DNA of 64,000 nucleotides from an uncultured Candidatus Saccharibacteria bacterium (lineage in GTDB: Bacteria > Patescibacteriota > Saccharimonadia > Saccharimonadales > SZUA-47): NCBI GenBank assembly GCA_964536485.1, contig CAZHXX010000001.1:85643-149642 (forward strand), read 5' to 3'. Below, piece by piece: positions 61,935-64,000 of the stretch. A program made the position numbers and the translations under genes. The notes below the pieces were generated by a model that made no database searches, was not told the origin of the DNA, and saw only the letters and a program-made list of their open reading frames with translations. Position 1 is the first letter of the stretch. Each line of letters opens with the position of its first letter.

Positions 61935-63281
61935 TTATTTGTTTGAAGCATGCCGACTTATCTGACTGACGAATACATTGATGTCCCTGGTAGAAAGTCT
62001 TACAGTGGACCCATTTTTATCGTTAAACACAAATAATTTTGATAAATAGTTACCAACAAGATCAAGCAAAGGCTGTAGTTCATCGTTGCTCACTCCAGTT
62101 AATGGGTCTATACCTGTATGCAAATCGTTTATCATGAGCATAAGTATGTTTTTTATTTGATCTGAGTCCTTTTTCAATACATCAGTACTTCTGCCACTAC
62201 TTTCCCATTCTGAAGCAATACTCTTTAGAGTTTCCGCAACAGATTCTTTACCAACATTTACTTCATGTTTTATTTCAGGAGTGCGTATTGGGCTGTCAGG
62301 GACGGTAGGCCTAGGAATGTTTTTTGGGCGAAACTTTTCCAATGCCCTTTTGTGAAGAGCGTAAGAAAGGTTTGCAACAATATCTGAGTCAATAGTGCTT
62401 CCATCGTCGGTTCTAAGATGATCTTTAAGATAAGAGTTTACGAGAGCCACTACCAGCTCAATTTCTTCAGGTTTTTCTAGATTCTCTAATGGATCGACTC
62501 CAGTTTCAAGATCTAAGTAAATCTGCTTAAGATGTGCCTGGAGCGTTTGCTTTGAAGACTCTATTACTTCTGGGTCACCTTTTAACTCTTGCCATTTTTG
62601 AGCAATTTTTAAGAGAGAATCTGGTTTCTCGGCTACTATTTCGGCAGACCCTTCACTTGTCTGCCCTGAAAGTGCGGTGTTCACTGTAGTTGCGTGTTGT
62701 GCGTCGTGGATAATAGAAGGATCAAGCAGGGAGTCTTCATCTTCAGCTCGTTTTGCCCAGCGCTCATCTGCCAAACGTTTTCTTTCAAGAAATAGGTCCA
62801 CGACGTCATTCATCCCACCCGAGCCCTTTCTAATAAGCTCTACTCTATTTGACAATTCATTATCTACAATTACCGAAACATTCAGATTACCATCGACTTC
62901 TGCGCCAACGCTAAGTTCAAGCAACTCAGGTATCGAAGCGGTTTTTACCGAGCTTATCAGTTTTTGCATTTGAGGGGTAAGTTTAGGGCTTTCGACTTCT
63001 ATATCATCGGTTTCTGAAGCTTGCTCCGTATCGTTCCCCTTGATTCTTAAGGGTGAGGCATAAAGGTCTGGCGTAAAGTCTGGCTCTTCTGGTTGTTCAG
63101 GCTGCGATCTCAAATCTTCCATATGTGCCAAATCAACTATTCCTTTAGGAAAGATCCTTTCTGGTGTTGGGGGCAATATGTCTTGCGAGACGGGTAACGT
63201 TATGAGTCTCCCAAAAGAGTCATAAGGTTCTCCGAGTTTTGCGGGTAATGGAACTGGGTGTTCCTCTGGTGTTGTACTCAT
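61935..63281 (-). CDS. Acidic hypothetical protein with duplicated ~95-aa module
   Basis: 448 aa. L(E/H)TG(V/I)DPL...LV(N/G)(S/N)YL(K/S) occurs twice in the C-terminal half. Confidence 0.7.
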   Translation of the reverse strand: MSTTPEEHPVPLPAKLGEPYDSFGRLITLPVSQDILPPTPERIFPKGIVDLAHMEDLRSQPEQPEEPDFTPDLYASPLRIKGNDTEQASETDDIEVESPKLTPQMQKLISSVKTASIPELLELSVGAEVDGNLNVSVIVDNELSNRVELIRKGSGGMNDVVDLFLERKRLADERWAKRAEDEDSLLDPSIIHDAQHATTVNTALSGQTSEGSAEIVAEKPDSLLKIAQKWQELKGDPEVIESSKQTLQAHLKQIYLDLETGVDPLENLEKPEEIELVVALVNSYLKDHLRTDDGSTIDSDIVANLSYALHKRALEKFRPKNIPRPTVPDSPIRTPEIKHEVNVGKESVAETLKSIASEWESSGRSTDVLKKDSDQIKNILMLMINDLHTGIDPLTGVSNDELQPLLDLVGNYLSKLFVFNDKNGSTVRLSTRDINVFVSQISRHASNK

Positions 63282-63583
63282 ATTGCCCTTTCTGAGGTAA
63301 AGCTAATTTTAGTGAAGTAAACAGAAGAAATATAAAATATAATAGCAAATGTTTGACAAAAAGTCAATACTATTTATGCTTAGGTATTTCGCTTATGCTT
63401 GACATTGCAGGAGAGGGCAACTCTTCATATGCAAGGTGAAACTGCACAATCTGTGGTGCAGTGTCTTCATAGGAGATAAAAATCTGTTTTTTGTTCATAT
63501 TTTTGTTTTTGGATTTACTCGTGCAGTATAGCAAAAAATGCCTAATTTGTCAACCTCCTACCTCTGGTGGTACGCTATAACTC

Positions 63584-64000
63584 ATGATAGTTCTTGGAAT
63601 AGAAACAAGCTGTGACGAGACGGCTGCTGCGGTGGTTGAAGACGGCTATATAATGCTGAGCAATGTTGTGGCGAGCAGTATGGATTTGCATAAGGTCTAT
63701 GGTGGTGTTGTACCGGAGATTGCCGCCAGGAGCCACATCGAAAGCATTATTCCCGTTATTGACGAGGCGGTGGCTGTTGTTGGGTGGGATAACATTGATG
63801 CAATTGCCGTCACGCAAGGTGCAGGCCTGGGGGGCAGTTTGTTGGTTGGGGTATCAACCGCGCGGACACTCGCCATAACAAAAGAAAAGCCTCTCTACGC
63901 TGTCAATCATGTTGAAGGGCATGTTTATGCCAACTTTTTAACCGAAACACCTCTCGTAGGCTATAGTTTGCCCAGCTCAGCACCTAAATTTCCTTTACTT
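63584..64000 (+). CDS. tsaD: tRNA N6-adenosine threonylcarbamoyltransferase TsaD, 3'-truncated by window edge
   Basis: Not in the ORF track because no stop lies in the window. ATG 63584 gives [21 protein letters not shown]...VNHVEGH. Confidence 0.9.
   Translation, partial: MIVLGIETSCDETAAAVVEDGYIMLSNVVASSMDLHKVYGGVVPEIAARSHIESIIPVIDEAVAVVGWDNIDAIAVTQGAGLGGSLLVGVSTARTLAITKEKPLYAVNHVEGHVYANFLTETPLVGYSLPSSAPKFPLL

Noticed and set aside
63575-63878. ORFs 63575-63817 (-) and 63663-63878 (+)
   Set aside because: They overlap the tsaD frame ([17 protein letters not shown]...), which runs open to the window edge.
1-64000. Alternative genetic code (UGA=Gly, as in some CPR lineages)
   Set aside because: Conserved genes end at TGA at the expected lengths (for example GT2 at 1783-1785 and pilin P2 at 44616-44618), and long ORFs are intact under code 11.
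1-64000. CRISPR arrays, transposases, IS elements, rRNA, prophage genes
   Set aside because: I saw no spaced short repeats and no recombinase or transposase motifs. The only lysozyme and tail-like domain is embedded in the T4SS operon.

Overview
This 64-kb chromosomal segment spans the replication origin (rpmH-rnpA-yidC-jag <- DnaA-box cluster -> dnaA-dnaN-recF). Gene content suggests a small-genome, Gram-positive-type CPR/Patescibacteria organism, possibly Saccharibacteria-like: sortase with L(P/S)NTG substrates, CPR-style T4SS pilins and many orphan surface proteins. I ran no similarity search, so the taxon is inferred. Layout: (i) 1-16.5 kb is a surface-glycan locus with an SDR epimerase, GT2 and GT4 glycosyltransferases, three methyltransferases, two polytopic GT-C-like membrane proteins, a Wzm/Wzt ABC exporter and an O-antigen-ligase-like protein. 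A secreted protein made of 53-aa tandem repeats sits inside it. (ii) 16.5-22 kb holds an HExxH protein, a 975-aa sortase-anchored multidomain surface protein and a GT4. (iii) 22-28.1 kb is the origin core. (iv) 28.1-46.8 kb is the most interesting part, a T4SS-like locus in two divergent operons. It has a VirB6-like protein, a PrgI/VirB3-like protein, a VirB4 that appears split into two in-frame genes, two cell-wall hydrolase proteins and several orphan proteins, facing seven tandem VirB2-type pilin paralogs. No coupling protein, relaxase or integrase is present anywhere in the window. (v) 46.8-64 kb is mostly housekeeping: hsp20, comFC, two tRNA-Ser genes bracketing a small island, ABC transporters, sortase, PGI/PMI, groES-groEL with a CIRCE operator and an unusual structured spacer, murE and a partial tsaD. 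No CRISPR array, transposase, integrase or rRNA was seen. All functional calls rest on motifs read from the translations and on recalled family signatures. Start codons are approximate where noted.
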